A stretch of 63,179 bases of DNA, filler included, from Octopus bimaculoides (taxonomy: Eukaryota), in NCBI RefSeq assembly GCF_001194135.2. It is 3 parts of 2 records of this genome, joined end to end, with 100 filler letters (N's around TTAATTAATTAA, not from the genome) between each part and the next. Parts side by side here need not be neighbours in the genome. Positions count along the whole stretch, not along the records: positions 26,900 to 52,876 come from NC_068989.1; 2 more parts are not named here. One strand, 5' to 3'. The position numbers and the translations under genes are program-made. The notes under the pieces were generated by a model. It searched no databases. It was given only the letters and a program-made list of their open reading frames with translations, and was not told the origin of the DNA. Below, one piece after another: positions 36,697 to 48,734 of this stretch (position 1 is the stretch's first letter; the number at the start of each line of letters is the position of its first letter).

Positions 36697-37210
36697 GAAG
36701 TGGCGAGCTAACTGGTTTGTTAGCACGCCGGACTAGTTGCATACCGGAATTTCGTCCGTCTCTGCGTTCTGAGTTCAAATGCCATTGAGATTTACTTGTC
36801 TTTTTATTCTTTCGGGTTTGATAAAATAAGTACCCGATGAGCACTGGGGTCGATGCAATCGACTAGCACTCTCCCAACAAATTTCAGACCGAGTTCTTTG
36901 AGTAGAAAAGATAATAACCATTATCGATACGTAAGAGCAGCCAGCTGCCAGAATCGTTTGCACACCGGGCAAAATGCTTAGGGGTATTTCGTCTGTTATT
37001 ACGTTTTGAGTTCAAACTCCGCCGAAGTCGACTATGCCTTTCGGGGTCAATAAAAATAAGAATCGGTTAAACACTAGGATCGATGTAATCGACTACACAC
37101 CTCTCCCAAAGTTTCAGGCCATGTGTTTATAGTAGAAAGGATTATTTAAGGGTAGCGAGCTGGCGGAATCGTTTAGCATGCCAGACCAACAAAATGTTTA
37201 GCAGCTTATC
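36697..37210 (+). mobile_element. Second block of the SINE array: two units plus a 5' stub
   Basis: Units at about 36697, 36935 and 37148. Confidence 0.85.
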
Positions 37211-37409
37211 AGCTGTTGTATTTTGGGGGTCTTCTGCTGCTTCGTAAAGGATGGAGATCCTTTAACTACACTGGTGTTATTGGCAGAAACACGGAGCATG
37301 AAACTGAGAAAGCAAAGGTAATAGGGGACAAGTATTTTGCCACTGCATTGTGCGAAGCATCGAAGTTGCCGCCGCTTAAAGGCTTAGATTTCTCTCTTAC
37401 ACTATTTCT

Positions 37410-37900
37410 GCCTTCAGTCCTTCGGCCTTGGACATTCTGATGCTTCTCCATTGTTTTCAAAATACTTCTTTTTATTTCTTGCAAACTGTTATTCAAAGAA
37501 ATAATTTGTTTTCAACCAGTTTTATTTATTACTTTGCTAAATATTTCTACACGGCACTCCTCCTATATTTCTAATGTTCTTATAATATTCCTTAAATATT
37601 TTAAGGCTTTTTTTATTCAATGTTACTCTCCTCGGAATATATTAGTTAATCTTAAGAAATTCCTCCCCTTTGTACTTCTGATAATTTAAGCAAATTTTGT
37701 GTATTATTTTAGTTGATCTTGGATGAAGCTCTTCCTCGAGGGTGTGTCAATTATTTTGCAGATGACAATTATATCTGGTTAATTAATTAGTTACAGTTTC
37801 GATAATACCGTTGTTTTCTCTAGATATTTTCTACTGATGTAGTAGAATACAACTAAAAAAGATTTATTGACAGTAGAGTGCCGGACGAAAAGCCCCGCAG
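37410..37900. repeat. Unclassified old repeat, copy 1
   Basis: Homologous in direct orientation to 42515-43000 (cagtccttcgg; taatcttaagaa..tc...tttgtac; cttcctc.agggt.tg.caattattt; gttaattaattagttacagtttc). Confidence 0.7.
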
Positions 37901-38076
37901 TAGTTAATTACGTGTTTTCATGTTCGGAATTTAAATCTCACCAATCGATAAAATAAAGTACGGCCAAGAAGTGAGATCAGTTTAATTGACTATACAGCTC
38001 TCTTAGAAAAAAGTGACCTTGACTAAAGATCAAAATAATATTAATGATATCAGTAATGATAACTATTATTATTATT

Positions 38077-38545
38077 GAGTAAGAGAGCAATGCACGCCAT
38101 CAAAGTGACACTGGATTATAAATATATGAAGCCCAGTATACCCATCATGACAATCCGTCTGATAAGAGTACATCAGGCTCATGCATCACGACCATATGTG
38201 CGCGACGTGGTGACCTTGTATCAAGATAACCGTACATGACCTTGCAGGTGGGGCCCAGTTAGAATTTTCTTCAGGTTGAGTAGCCCATCCCGCTCAAAAG
38301 TTCCCTGAATAAGGGTTGTTTAAGGATGTTGAACGAAACACCCATGTTTCCAGAGGTGAATTATTCAAGCCCCAAAGAATTCCTCTCAACACATGGCTAT
38401 GATGCTCCCCCACTACCTCTGCTCATGATCAGAGATACACATATCGTCAGCCACCAAGGGACATGCTCAACTGGTTACGGTCAAACAACTGACAAGCAAA
38501 TCTGTAGTATTGAGCAGAATATTTGCTGTAGCCCTTCTTTTATAC

Positions 38546-38546
<1 letters not shown>
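38077..38546 (-). mobile_element. 470-bp non-coding element bounded by (TTA)n tracts; probably the 3' UTR or a non-autonomous derivative of a (TAA)n-targeting retroelement
   Basis: Higher-GC block flanked on both sides by attattatt; orientation inferred from the tails. Confidence 0.45.

Positions 38547-38631
<85 letters not shown>
38547..38631. repeat. (ATT)n(ATC)n tract
   Basis: Seen directly. Confidence 0.95.
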
Positions 38632-38632
<1 letters not shown>

Positions 38633-38850
38633 ATGTTTGACTTTTGCTTTGTATTTGTACTAGTTGATTCCAAGTCTCACCCAGAGACCTCAAGAGACAA
38701 CAAGTCAGAAGTTCATAGTTAGAGTGTCATATATTTGGGTTTGCACATAGTATTGTTCTAGAGAATGTCTAAGAGCACATAAGAAAAGTATGCATTTGTT
38801 TAAACATTTCAGATTACAAACGTTTACGTAGGAGATGCGAAGTTCCCATA
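38632..38850 (-). mobile_element. 3' end of a second RLE (R4/Dong-like) retroelement
   Basis: Minus strand begins atg gga act tcg cat ctc cta cgt aaa cgt ttg taa (MGTSHLLRKRL*), like the LGT.HILRKVL C-terminus of RLE ORFs, followed by a 3' UTR and a (GAT)n(AAT)n tail. Confidence 0.6.
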
Positions 38851-38859
38851 TTATTATTA

Positions 38860-38924
<65 letters not shown>

Positions 38925-41900
38925 GCCTTTGCATAGCTTCTAACGCTGGAGATGTACTGCAGTGTCAGCTGTTCACTACCAGTGAACTAAGGTAACACTT
39001 CTTATTTTTCGAGCACATTACTGGTATTCGAGCTGCAAGTGCTCCACCCTTATTGTAGCCCCTATTTGTTCTATGTACTTCTCGACATTTTTGCTTACTG
39101 TTCCCAGGGCTCCGACAATCATTGTTGTCAGCTTGGTATGCTATATCTATGATCCAGCATCATTTGCTCTTTTTCTCAGTTAACACTATGTCTGGTTTCC
39201 TATTCTCTATCTCATTGTCGCGCTGAATCATAAACTCCCATAGGATCTTTGCATTATCCCTTTCGATGGTGCCTTCAGGTTTATGTTCGTACCACATTTT
39301 TGCTCTGTCAAGTCCATACTTATTGCCAAGTGTCCAATGGACAATCCTTTCTATATCGTAATGACGTTTCTTATATTCTTTCTGGGCTAATAGTGTACAT
39401 TGACTGGTGATATGCTATACGATTTCACCACTTTTTCCACAAATTCTGCACTTATCACTTTCTGAAGTGTTGTCTATTCTGTATTTGATGTAATTGCTTC
39501 TTAATGCTTGCACAGATTAAAGCCACCGTTTCCGGTTTTAAATCACTTTTAATCATCCATAGCCATCATTTTTCTCTGTCTGCCTTATCTATGAAATTGT
39601 CCACGCATTCTTTTCTTTAGCCACCTATTTTCAGTTTCATTCATTCTCAAGTGCTTTACAGTGCTTAATCTTTGCAATCTGCCATCCTACACAAACCTGG
39701 GCTTATTATTTCCAATAATAGTGGTTCTGTGGAATTTTTTACATACGGTGTTATGCTGTTCGCATCCAATCAATCCTCTTTCCACCCTCTCTTTTCTTGG
39801 TACATAGTTTGTGTGTGTCACTTTTGGGGTGGAGTATCCCATATCTAATTATCAACTTCCCTGTATTTCTGTCTAAGCTGTTTAGTTCGCCGACTGTCCA
39901 TACGATTACCCCTGCTCCATATCTAAGGAGTGAAACTGCCCAGGTGTTAATAGCTTCAATCTTATTTCGTCTGTTTAATTTCGACTTAAGGGTAAATCTC
40001 AGTCTGTGCAAGTACTCCACCTTAAATTTTTCTGTCATTTCTTTCTCCATCAATTTATCAATTTCCATTATTCCAAAGTAGTTATAGTCCGTCTCTTATA
40101 TGTGCTTCCTAACCTCCGCCGACGGTATCAGTAGTCCGTCCATACATTTGATTTTGCCTCTCTTCAAGACCAACACACCACAGATTCTCAGTCTGAACTC
40201 CATTCTGATATCAGTGCTGAAGGTATACAGCGTATCAACGAGAGAGCTGGCTTGGGATTCATCTCTACCATAAAGTTTCAGGTCATCCATGAATACCAAA
40301 TGGTTGACTTTTTGTTGGCGGTTTTTGAATACATACCCAACCTTTGCTTTCCTCGGAATCAATGTTAGTGGTATCATGCACAGTACAAAGATCAGTGGAG
40401 ACAGGCGGTCCCCTTGGAAGATGCCTCTCCTGATTTCCATTGTCCCTAAACTTCTTCCATATGCTGTCAGTTCCGTCCTCCGCGTTGCCATTCATTTTCT
40501 AAGCAATCGCTCAACATTCGATGCAATACAAATAGGTTCATACATTCCATAATCCAAGAATGTGGGATCATATCGTACGCCTTGCGATAATCGATCCATG
40601 ACATGGCTAAGTTAATTTTCTTCCTCTTGAAGTCTCTAAGTACAGTTTTGTCTGCCTCTGCACTTAGGCTTGCAACCTTTCTGCGCATGTGGTAGGACTC
40701 CATTTTTTTTCCATATGTCCGTACATTGACTCTGCGACTATTCCAGTCAATAATTTCTACATAAGTGGCAAGCAGGACATCGGCCTGTAATTATCTGCCA
40801 TATTGCCTTTTTCGATGTTTTTCATGCACAGCACTGTTCTACCCAATGTCAACCACTCTGGTGTTGCTTGGTTGGCATTTAACAAGGTGTTGAGTTGTGC
40901 AGCTATGACATTCACTAAATCTTTTGATCCGGTAGCCTTAAACTCCATCTGGTCCCGACGCCTTCCAGTTGCCCATTTTTTTTGCTGATTTGAAAATACT
41001 AGTTCTGCCTGTTTTGGACAGACTACTGTTTGTTTCAGTTCTTGCAACCATTCAGCATTCATCTTGCGCTCCTTTTCTTTGCTCCAGGTGTCACTCCAAA
41101 ACCTTTGACTTTCAATGTTATCTAGTATCAACTTTTCATTTGTACACTCTCCATTTATTTCTTTGTTGAATCTCTTCGGACCTACTATGAATAACCTATT
41201 CTGGTGGTAACCCTTCATTCTTTAGTCATGTCTTACTATATTTGCTTTATTTACAACGAGGCGCTGTTTCAGTTCCTCCTTTATCATTTTCAGGCCCTTT
41301 CTTTCAATATTATACTTCATGTTCAGTGCCCTGTATTTTTGTTCGCTTTTTAGTTCCTTCTGTTCTTTTCGCACTAACACAGAAATGTCCTTCGAGAACA
41401 TATCTAACCCCGCGTGTATTCTTCTTTTCCACCATGGATCTTTTATTTTGTCACTCCCATTATATTTCTTTTTCTTGACACAACACCCACATTTTCTGCT
41501 ACAACAATATTTGCTGCCTTGATCAAATTATTTGTTTCCGGGATGCTTTTGTTCTGATATATTTCAGAATGTCTTTCACATTTTTAGTTTCTTGGTTCAA
41601 TTTCCACCGATCAACCATTTTAAGGTTGCGAATAATGTCGCTATCGTTCTCCTGTAGCCTTGCCTTTATTCTTTCGTAGATTGCCTTTTGCCCATGTGTC
41701 ATGTCACCATTAGTTTTATTATCTTCTTCTAAACCATCTATATGTCTCTCATCGACCAAGCTATCATTGTTCCTTTCCTCTGGTTTATTGGAGAATTTAC
41801 TTGTTTTCTGCAATGAGATTACTTTTATCAGTAGGAACTGTATTTTCATCGTTTCCTCTGCTACTATTTTCCAATACTCGCCTTTTGTTAGCTTCGAGCT

Positions 41901-42283
41901 CTACTTCTGTGAGCCAACTATTTTTTCGTATTGCTCTAGCTTGATCATATAACCTCTGTTCCGTGAGTTGAAACAGTCCTCTTTCTCTCCATTGATCATT
42001 GTCGGTATCCCCTAAGATGAACACCATTTTTGTCTGCGGGAATACTCAGGTAGTAACACTCCATGACCACAGCATTGATTTGTTTTTTCCATCAAGGCCG
42101 TGTGTGCTGGTCGCTTGCTGGATAATGACAGACTGGAGTCGGACCAGTATCATTGAGACTGCCCGGTGTAACACTGTCACCATCAAGGGCTTCAGTTTCA
42201 TTACCACCGTTATTCCCAATATTTTGTTTTTCTCTTGTCACTCATGTGAGGTAGCGATTATCAGGTTGCGCAGTTACCAGTGT
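38925..42283 (-). mobile_element. Near full-length decayed non-LTR retrotransposon, R4/Dong-type (RT + CCHC + restriction-like endonuclease)
   Basis: Minus frames: [19 protein letters not shown] (N-terminal), NYRPMSCLP, WIDYRKAYDMIPHSW, RRGIFQGDRLSPLIF, HLVFMDDLKLY, LKSKLNRRNKIEAINTWAV, CRICGKSGEIV*HITSQC (about 39400-39450), RKPDIVL..CWIIDIA (about 39140-39200). (TTA)n tracts at both ends. Many frameshifts. Confidence 0.92.
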
Positions 42284-42444
42284 ATTATTATTATTATTAT
42301 TATTATTATTGTTCAGGTCACTGCTTGGAATAGAACTTGGAATCTTGGAGTTAGTAGCCCGCGCTCTTAACCACTACGCCATATGCCCGAGGATAAATAT
42401 CCGTCGAATGTAAATAATGTAAATAATGTGAATAATGTACATAA
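42284..42444. mobile_element. Penelope 3'-repeat fragment with inverted junction
   Basis: 42284-42388 (minus) matches 22470-22560, including the tRNA-like module. 42389-42444 (plus) matches the reverse complement of 22321-22365. Confidence 0.8.
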
Positions 42445-42514
42445 NNNNNNNNNNTAGTAGTAGTAGTAGTAGTAGTGGTAGTAGTTATACTTTATGAAAT
42501 TTTACTCTTTTACT

Positions 42515-43000
42515 GGTCTCAGTCCTTCGGTCTGAAGCATTTTATTGCGTCTCCTTTGTTTCGACAATGCATTTTTAATTTCTCAGAAAAGCATTGCCCT
42601 TTTACAAACTTGTTTTACATTTTTCAACTAGTTTTATTCATTTGTTTGATAAATATTTTTCCCTGCTCTCCGTTCATTATTTCTTATGCTGATATATTTC
42701 TAAAATGTTCTGACATTTTTTTCTGTTATAGTAGTCTCATCTCCCTGGAATAGTTGATAATCTTAAGAACTCATCGTCTTTGTACTTTAAGCCAATTTTC
42801 TGTGCATTATTGTGCTTGATCTGGGATTAAGTTCATATGTTCTTCCTCAAGGGTATGCCAATTATTTTTCATTTGACAATTATAACCAGTTAATTAATTA
42901 GTTACAGTTTCAATGATATGTCTTCTCTGAATAGTTCTCTTGCAATAGAGTGCTACTAGAAAAAGATTTACAGATAGTAGAGTGTTGAACTAAAAAGCCT
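42515..43000. repeat. Unclassified old repeat, copy 2
   Basis: See 37410-37900. Confidence 0.7.
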
Positions 43001-43088
43001 TGGAATAGTAATTTCCTTCCTTGTTTCAATTCTCTTATTTCTGTTCTTTATCTAACATGACACTGAATGTTATTAATTTGTCCTTTCT

Positions 43089-43318
43089 AAAGGCGTCGAG
43101 CTGGTAGAACGGTTAGCGTGTTGGAAAATTGATTAGCGGCATTTCTTCCAGTTCTTTACGTTCTAAGCCAAAACCTCACCAGGGTTTGAACTTAGACGAA
43201 GCTGACCTCAACAAGACAGATTTGCCTTTCATTCTTTTGAGGTCGATAAAATAATTAATGGGGGCTAATCGATGTAATCGACTAGCCCCCACCACTGGCG
43301 TTGTGCCAAAATTAGAAT
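43089..43318 (+). mobile_element. tRNA-derived SINE, family A
   Basis: aaggcgtcgagctggtagaacggttagc...gaggtcgataaaata...gttgtgccaaaattagaatta. Confidence 0.8.
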
Positions 43319-43404
43319 TATCTTATCCATCTTCAATGTTGCGTTGACGAATTTTTCTCAGCCAAATTTCATATTAAATCCTTTCGTGTTCTGTGTATAT
43401 TGTG

Positions 43405-43706
43405 AAGACGCGTGGCTTAATGGTTAGGGTATTTGGCTCACGATTGTAAAACCATGAGTTCAATCCCCGGCGACGTGTTGTGTCCTTGAGCAAGACACTT
43501 TATTTCAAGTTGCTCCAGTCCACTCAACTGGCAAAAATGAGTTGCACTTGTATTTCAAAGGGCCAGCCTGGTCACATTGTGTGTCACGCTAAATCTCCTA
43601 AGAACTATGTTAAGGGTGCACGTGTCTGTGGAGTGCTCAGTCACTTGCGCGTTAATTTCACGAGCAGGCTATTCCGTTGAACGGATCAACGGGAACCTTC
43701 GTCGTC
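43405..43706 (+). mobile_element. tRNA-derived SINE, family B, full length
   Basis: A box tggcttaatgg, B box gagttcaatcc, core gttgtgtccttgagcaagacactttatttca, and 3' gtgtctgtggagtgctcagtcacttgcgcgttaatttcacgagcaggct. Confidence 0.88.
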
Positions 43707-44943
43707 TGTGTATATTGTCTGTAACATATTTTTCGTTGGTTATCATCTGCTGCCAACAATTTGATGTCATCCATATACAAGATGGATGATTGTTTTCTTG
43801 TAGATTATTCACTTAGTCTAGTCTGGGCCTAGAGTGCTGAATACCAGTTCCGATTGTCAGTAGTACTTTATCCATTATTAGTGTTCCAAAAATCTATCAG
43901 CAAAAAACTATGAAAAGCCTTCTGTTAATCAATCAACTCTATGTTCATGCCTTTCGTTTTTCTACAGTCTTCGATTATGATTTTACTGATCAATAAATAA
44001 TTTCATCAGCATTATGTCACCTACACTATTCATTCTTTTCTTCTTTAAGTTAGTTATTGTTTGCAATATTACAGTTCTAAAAGGCTTGCTATGGTGTATG
44101 CAGGTTGGTTATCTGAGCGTAGTTCTGAGCTCTTTCTTTAGTTTTCAGGATCAAGATTTTCTTTCTCTCGATATATGATTCAAATGTTGTTAGTGGATCT
44201 TTCTATCACTAATATCACTAATAAAACTGTCGGTATTTTTTACGTGTGCCTGTAAAATAGCTTTAGCTACTTGTGAGAACGTTTTGCTTCATCGTTATTC
44301 ATACTTTGGCCTACTGTTTGAGTTTATATAACCTTCTCAATTGTTAAAGTGCTGCATATATTATTTTGAATAATCTCCTTCATACTGATTCCTTCGGTGG
44401 CATAATTCTACTTACCCGTTTACAAGCCGAACTTCTGCGACGTACATTCATAATACCTTTGTTTATCAAAGAAAGAAACATCTAGAAACCAGATGAAGAT
44501 CGCATGAAGATTGGATCACATGGCATTGAAAAAGCCAGGTGAGCTGGTTTTCATCGATGTCACTGTCTTAATTTTTAAAATAAGGTTATAAATGATAAGA
44601 ATTACATAACTAAAGATGCGCGTTTCGATGAGGGTTTCGACGAAGGTACTACGACCGTGAGCCGAACACTCTAACCAGTAAACAATGCGTTTTCCCTATA
44701 CACGTGGATAAAAGCAAAGCTGTATGGTTAAGAAGTTCGCTTAACAGCAACACAGTTCGAGATTCGATCACATACGCAGCACACTGGGGCAACTGTCTTC
44801 TACAAAAACCGTGGATTGACTAAATTTAGCAGACAGGATAAATGTAGTAAAAACTATCGGTGGTACCGATCCAGTTTTTGAGTAGCAGACTTCTTAAACT
44901 ACTATCCAGTTTCGACAAGCTGACAGTACTATTTCTAATATAG

Positions 44944-45286
44944 CAGGAATTCTCAACCATTTTTTTTAATCTATAGACTCCTTTGATTACTAATTAATTC
45001 TAGCGGGACTCCATAGCCATTTGATGTTTTTTAGAGATACTTCTAACAAAATTCCTATTTTGTTTTTCACACATTAATTAGTGTAGGTTGAACTATGGAA
45101 AGTGTTAAAGAAAGAAACATGGTCGTTTCTTACAATACATACCGATACATACATCTAAAGCAAAATTTGTTTCAGGGTCTCTTAAAATTCTATTGAGGAT
45201 CTCTGATTAACTATGTTGCTGCGTGGACCCCCAAAATTCTTCTATGACCCCTCAGGGGCTATATGGACCCCGGTTGAGAACTACTG
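44944..45286 (+). mobile_element. hAT-type MITE (343 bp)
   Basis: TIRs caggaattctcaacc / ggttgagaactactg; flanking 8-mers taatatag / tactctag (6/8); same family as 11083-11687. Confidence 0.75.
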
Positions 45287-45295
45287 TACTCTAGA

Positions 45296-45482
45296 TTCAA
45301 GACCTGAGATGCTGGTAGAGATGGATAGTCGATTACATCAATCCCAGTACTCAACCTGTTTTTATTTTATCGGCCTCGAAAGGGTGACAGTCGGTGTCGA
45401 CCTCGGCGGAATTTGAATTCGGAAGAAATGCCGCTTAGCGTTTTATCCAGTATGCTAAGGAATCTACCAGCTCACCGCCCTA
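45296..45482 (-). mobile_element. tRNA-derived SINE, family A
   Basis: Reverse complement agggcggtgagctggtagattcc...gaattcaaattccgccgaggtcgacacc. Confidence 0.75.
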
Positions 45483-45879
45483 TATGAGTTTACTATATTG
45501 AAAGTTCTTTGACTGGGAATAGTTGCGCCCCCCGTTCCTTACCAGCACCCTCGGGAAGAGGCATTAAAAAGATTCTAGACGTTGCCCCTTACGCCTCTAT
45601 ATAAGCAAGGATAAAAAAGTACATTTACCATTTCATTCATCACTACTCTTAATAAATCTCACGCTTGCATATGTATATAATCGGATTGTGATGTATTGCA
45701 TAATGCTATTTAATTCAGTTCTAAGAAAGCACAGCCATGAAGAGATATCAACTTGGGGGATGAGCATTTTCAAATTGATCTTCTGCACAGAGTGAGGCCG
45801 CTACTGCTGATTGTGTACATGATGTTGATGATGTTGATGATGAGAAGAAAGAGGAGATAGAGGAGGAGGTGGACGATAA

Positions 45880-45910
45880 TGATGACAACGACGACGACGA
45901 ATACGACAAC

Positions 45911-45954
<44 letters not shown>

Positions 45955-45961
45955 CGACGAC

Positions 45962-45992
<31 letters not shown>

Positions 45993-46000
45993 GTAACTAC
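45880..46000. repeat. (GAT)n/(GAC)n microsatellite
   Basis: Seen directly. Confidence 0.92.
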
Positions 46001-46348
46001 GACGAGAACAACGGTGACAATGACAACGGACTTTTCTCAACAAACGCGCGCGCGCGCACACATACACACACATATTTAGGAATTTATCCCTGTTTTGCGA
46101 ACATTCACGTTCATAGAAACACAAAATGTTCTCAATGAAATATTGTTATTTTAAACACACACACACTCACACACACACACACACATACATACATGCATAT
46201 GTACGTGAGTGTACCTTTTGCACATACTCTAGGATAAAAGCATCCACGTAACCAGAAGCGCACACACGCAATTACACAAACCCGTACACTTAAATATAAA
46301 TATGCGTGTATGTCTGTCAGTTATGAATTATATATGTATGTGTACGCA

Positions 46349-46393
<45 letters not shown>

Positions 46394-46790
46394 GCGCGCA
46401 CACACACACACACACAATAATATGGGTGCATGTGTGTGTGCGTATGCATGTATGTATTATGTATGTATGCCTATATAGAACACACACTCACTCACACATA
46501 TGTGCGTATATATTATGAACACGTCCTTATCTATCTTACAGTCTATCGCACACGATATGCGTGTGTATGTGTGCATGTGACTACCTATGAGTGTGTATAT
46601 GCATATGCTTCAATATTTATGTATCTGAATGTGTGTGAGATCGTGTAAGAGTGTGAGAGTGGGTATATTTATATATATGTTTCTAGTTATAATCACACTC
46701 AGATACATCTTCCCAGATACACATGCCTCAACGTGCAGACACATCCAGCCCTTGACACGGAAGTGAAATCGTTGCTTATTATATATATAT

Positions 46791-46830
<40 letters not shown>

Positions 46831-47121
46831 TTTTTTTTGTGGGTAAATNNNNNNNNNNNNNNNNNNNNNNNNNNNNNNNNNNNNNNNNNNNNNNNNNNNN
46901 NNNNNNNNNNNNNNNNNNNNNNNNNNNNNNNNNNNNNNNNNNNNNNNNNNNNNNNNNNNNNNNNNNNNNNNNNNNNNNNNNNNNNNNNNNNNNNNNNNNN
47001 NNNNNNNNNNNNNNNNNNNNNNNNNNNNNNNNNNNNNNNNNNNNNNNNNNNNNNNNNNNNNNNNNNNNNNNNNNNNNNNNNNNNNNNNNNNNNNNNNNNN
47101 NNNNNNNNNNNNNNNNNNNNN

Positions 47122-47228
<107 letters not shown>

Positions 47229-47636
47229 ATGTATGTATGCATATGTAAGCATGTATGTGTATATATATATATGCTACTGTGTATGTGCGTGCGTATTCAT
47301 ACGAAGATTTACATTTACATTCGTATATATATATATATAAACACACACACATACACACACACATATATATGTATGTATGTATATATAGGTATATGTGTGT
47401 GTATCTGCATATATACAGAGATGTATAAGATGATAGAAAGACAATGAAAGATAGCTAGCTAGATAAATAGATAAATAAATAGATAGATAGTTAGATAGAT
47501 AGATAGATAGATACATACATACATACATACATACATAGAAAGAAAGATAAACACATGTATGTAGCTATGCATACATGCATACGCATACACCTATATATGG
47601 TGTATATGTATGTATATGTGTATGTCTACATCTGCA

Positions 47637-47681
<45 letters not shown>

Positions 47682-48734
47682 CAAATACAATATCGTTCAA
47701 GGATTTTTAAGTGCTGTCCTTTCTTCGAATCATTCAGAAGTTTCCGCGTGTATTATGTCCTCGACAGAAAATCGTAAACATATGCACGAGCGTAACATAC
47801 GCTACAATAATCAATAATACACCACATAACACAAAGACATGCTCACATATATTTATGTTGTGTATGTATATTATATGTATATCTAAATACATGCATCTAG
47901 ACAATGAATAATCTTGTGCTACGTATATACAAATATCAATATAAATATCAATTACATTGTGCAGCACGGAAGATCAAAGTACATTTACATACATGCATAC
48001 AAATACATACATACATACATACATACATACATGTATATACAGGTGTGTAATTCAATACACTCGAGATTATCCATATAGAATATACTATATTCAATAAGTT
48101 TAGGTATACTAAATTTGGAGAAAATTTACAGGTTAAATCTCAGATGTTTTGCTGTTACGCTAAAGTTTTGCCAGAAAATGCCCTCAGAAAGCTACATCCA
48201 ATATTTCGTTGTCTGTGTGTCAGTGGGGTATCTGAAATAAATCACTCGTTGTTACAGATTTGGCAATAACTATGCAAGTAATATTATACAACATACCATG
48301 CAGTGTATGAATTATATTAATGCTATTTATTAATATAAATTTAATCATGTTATTGAATAACTTTAATAATTAATAATAGAAAACGTTTGCCTAATTTGAA
48401 ATATTATTTTATAAGACAGCTAAATATATTTTCATACATTGATTTCATTCTCTCGTAGTGTGTACGATGTGTTATGTATTTTTGTCGCAGGTTTATTGCT
48501 AAATCTACAATACAAGACGAACTTTGCAGTATATCAACACATTCCCACAGAGACAACACGCGCATCTTGACCTTCTTATAAGCATATCAGACGCAAAGCA
48601 GTTATGATTAAAATCCTTTATTTGTCAAGACTGTATAACATTCTTTTATGGAATAACATATTTAGTTTTAGAAGGTGCTTAACAATACAGTCATAGACAA
48701 AAATGAGAATATGTGGATGTGTTCAGTATGTATA

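Noticed and set aside
34711-37210. Repeat array as CRISPR or as a tRNA gene cluster
   Set aside because: Units are about 200+ bp with no unique spacers and no cas genes; they match dispersed SINEs and lack an intact cloverleaf.
37216-37496. Overlapping 74-76 aa ORFs on opposite strands
   Set aside because: No motifs, they overlap an old repeat, and the length is within chance expectation.
38326-38722. Poly-Leu/Ser, poly-Asn/Asp and poly-Tyr/His ORFs
   Set aside because: Translations of the (ATT)n(ATC)n tract between retroelements.
45801-46138. Poly-Asp, poly-His and poly-Met ORFs
   Set aside because: Translations of a (GAT)n microsatellite; no flanking coding signal.
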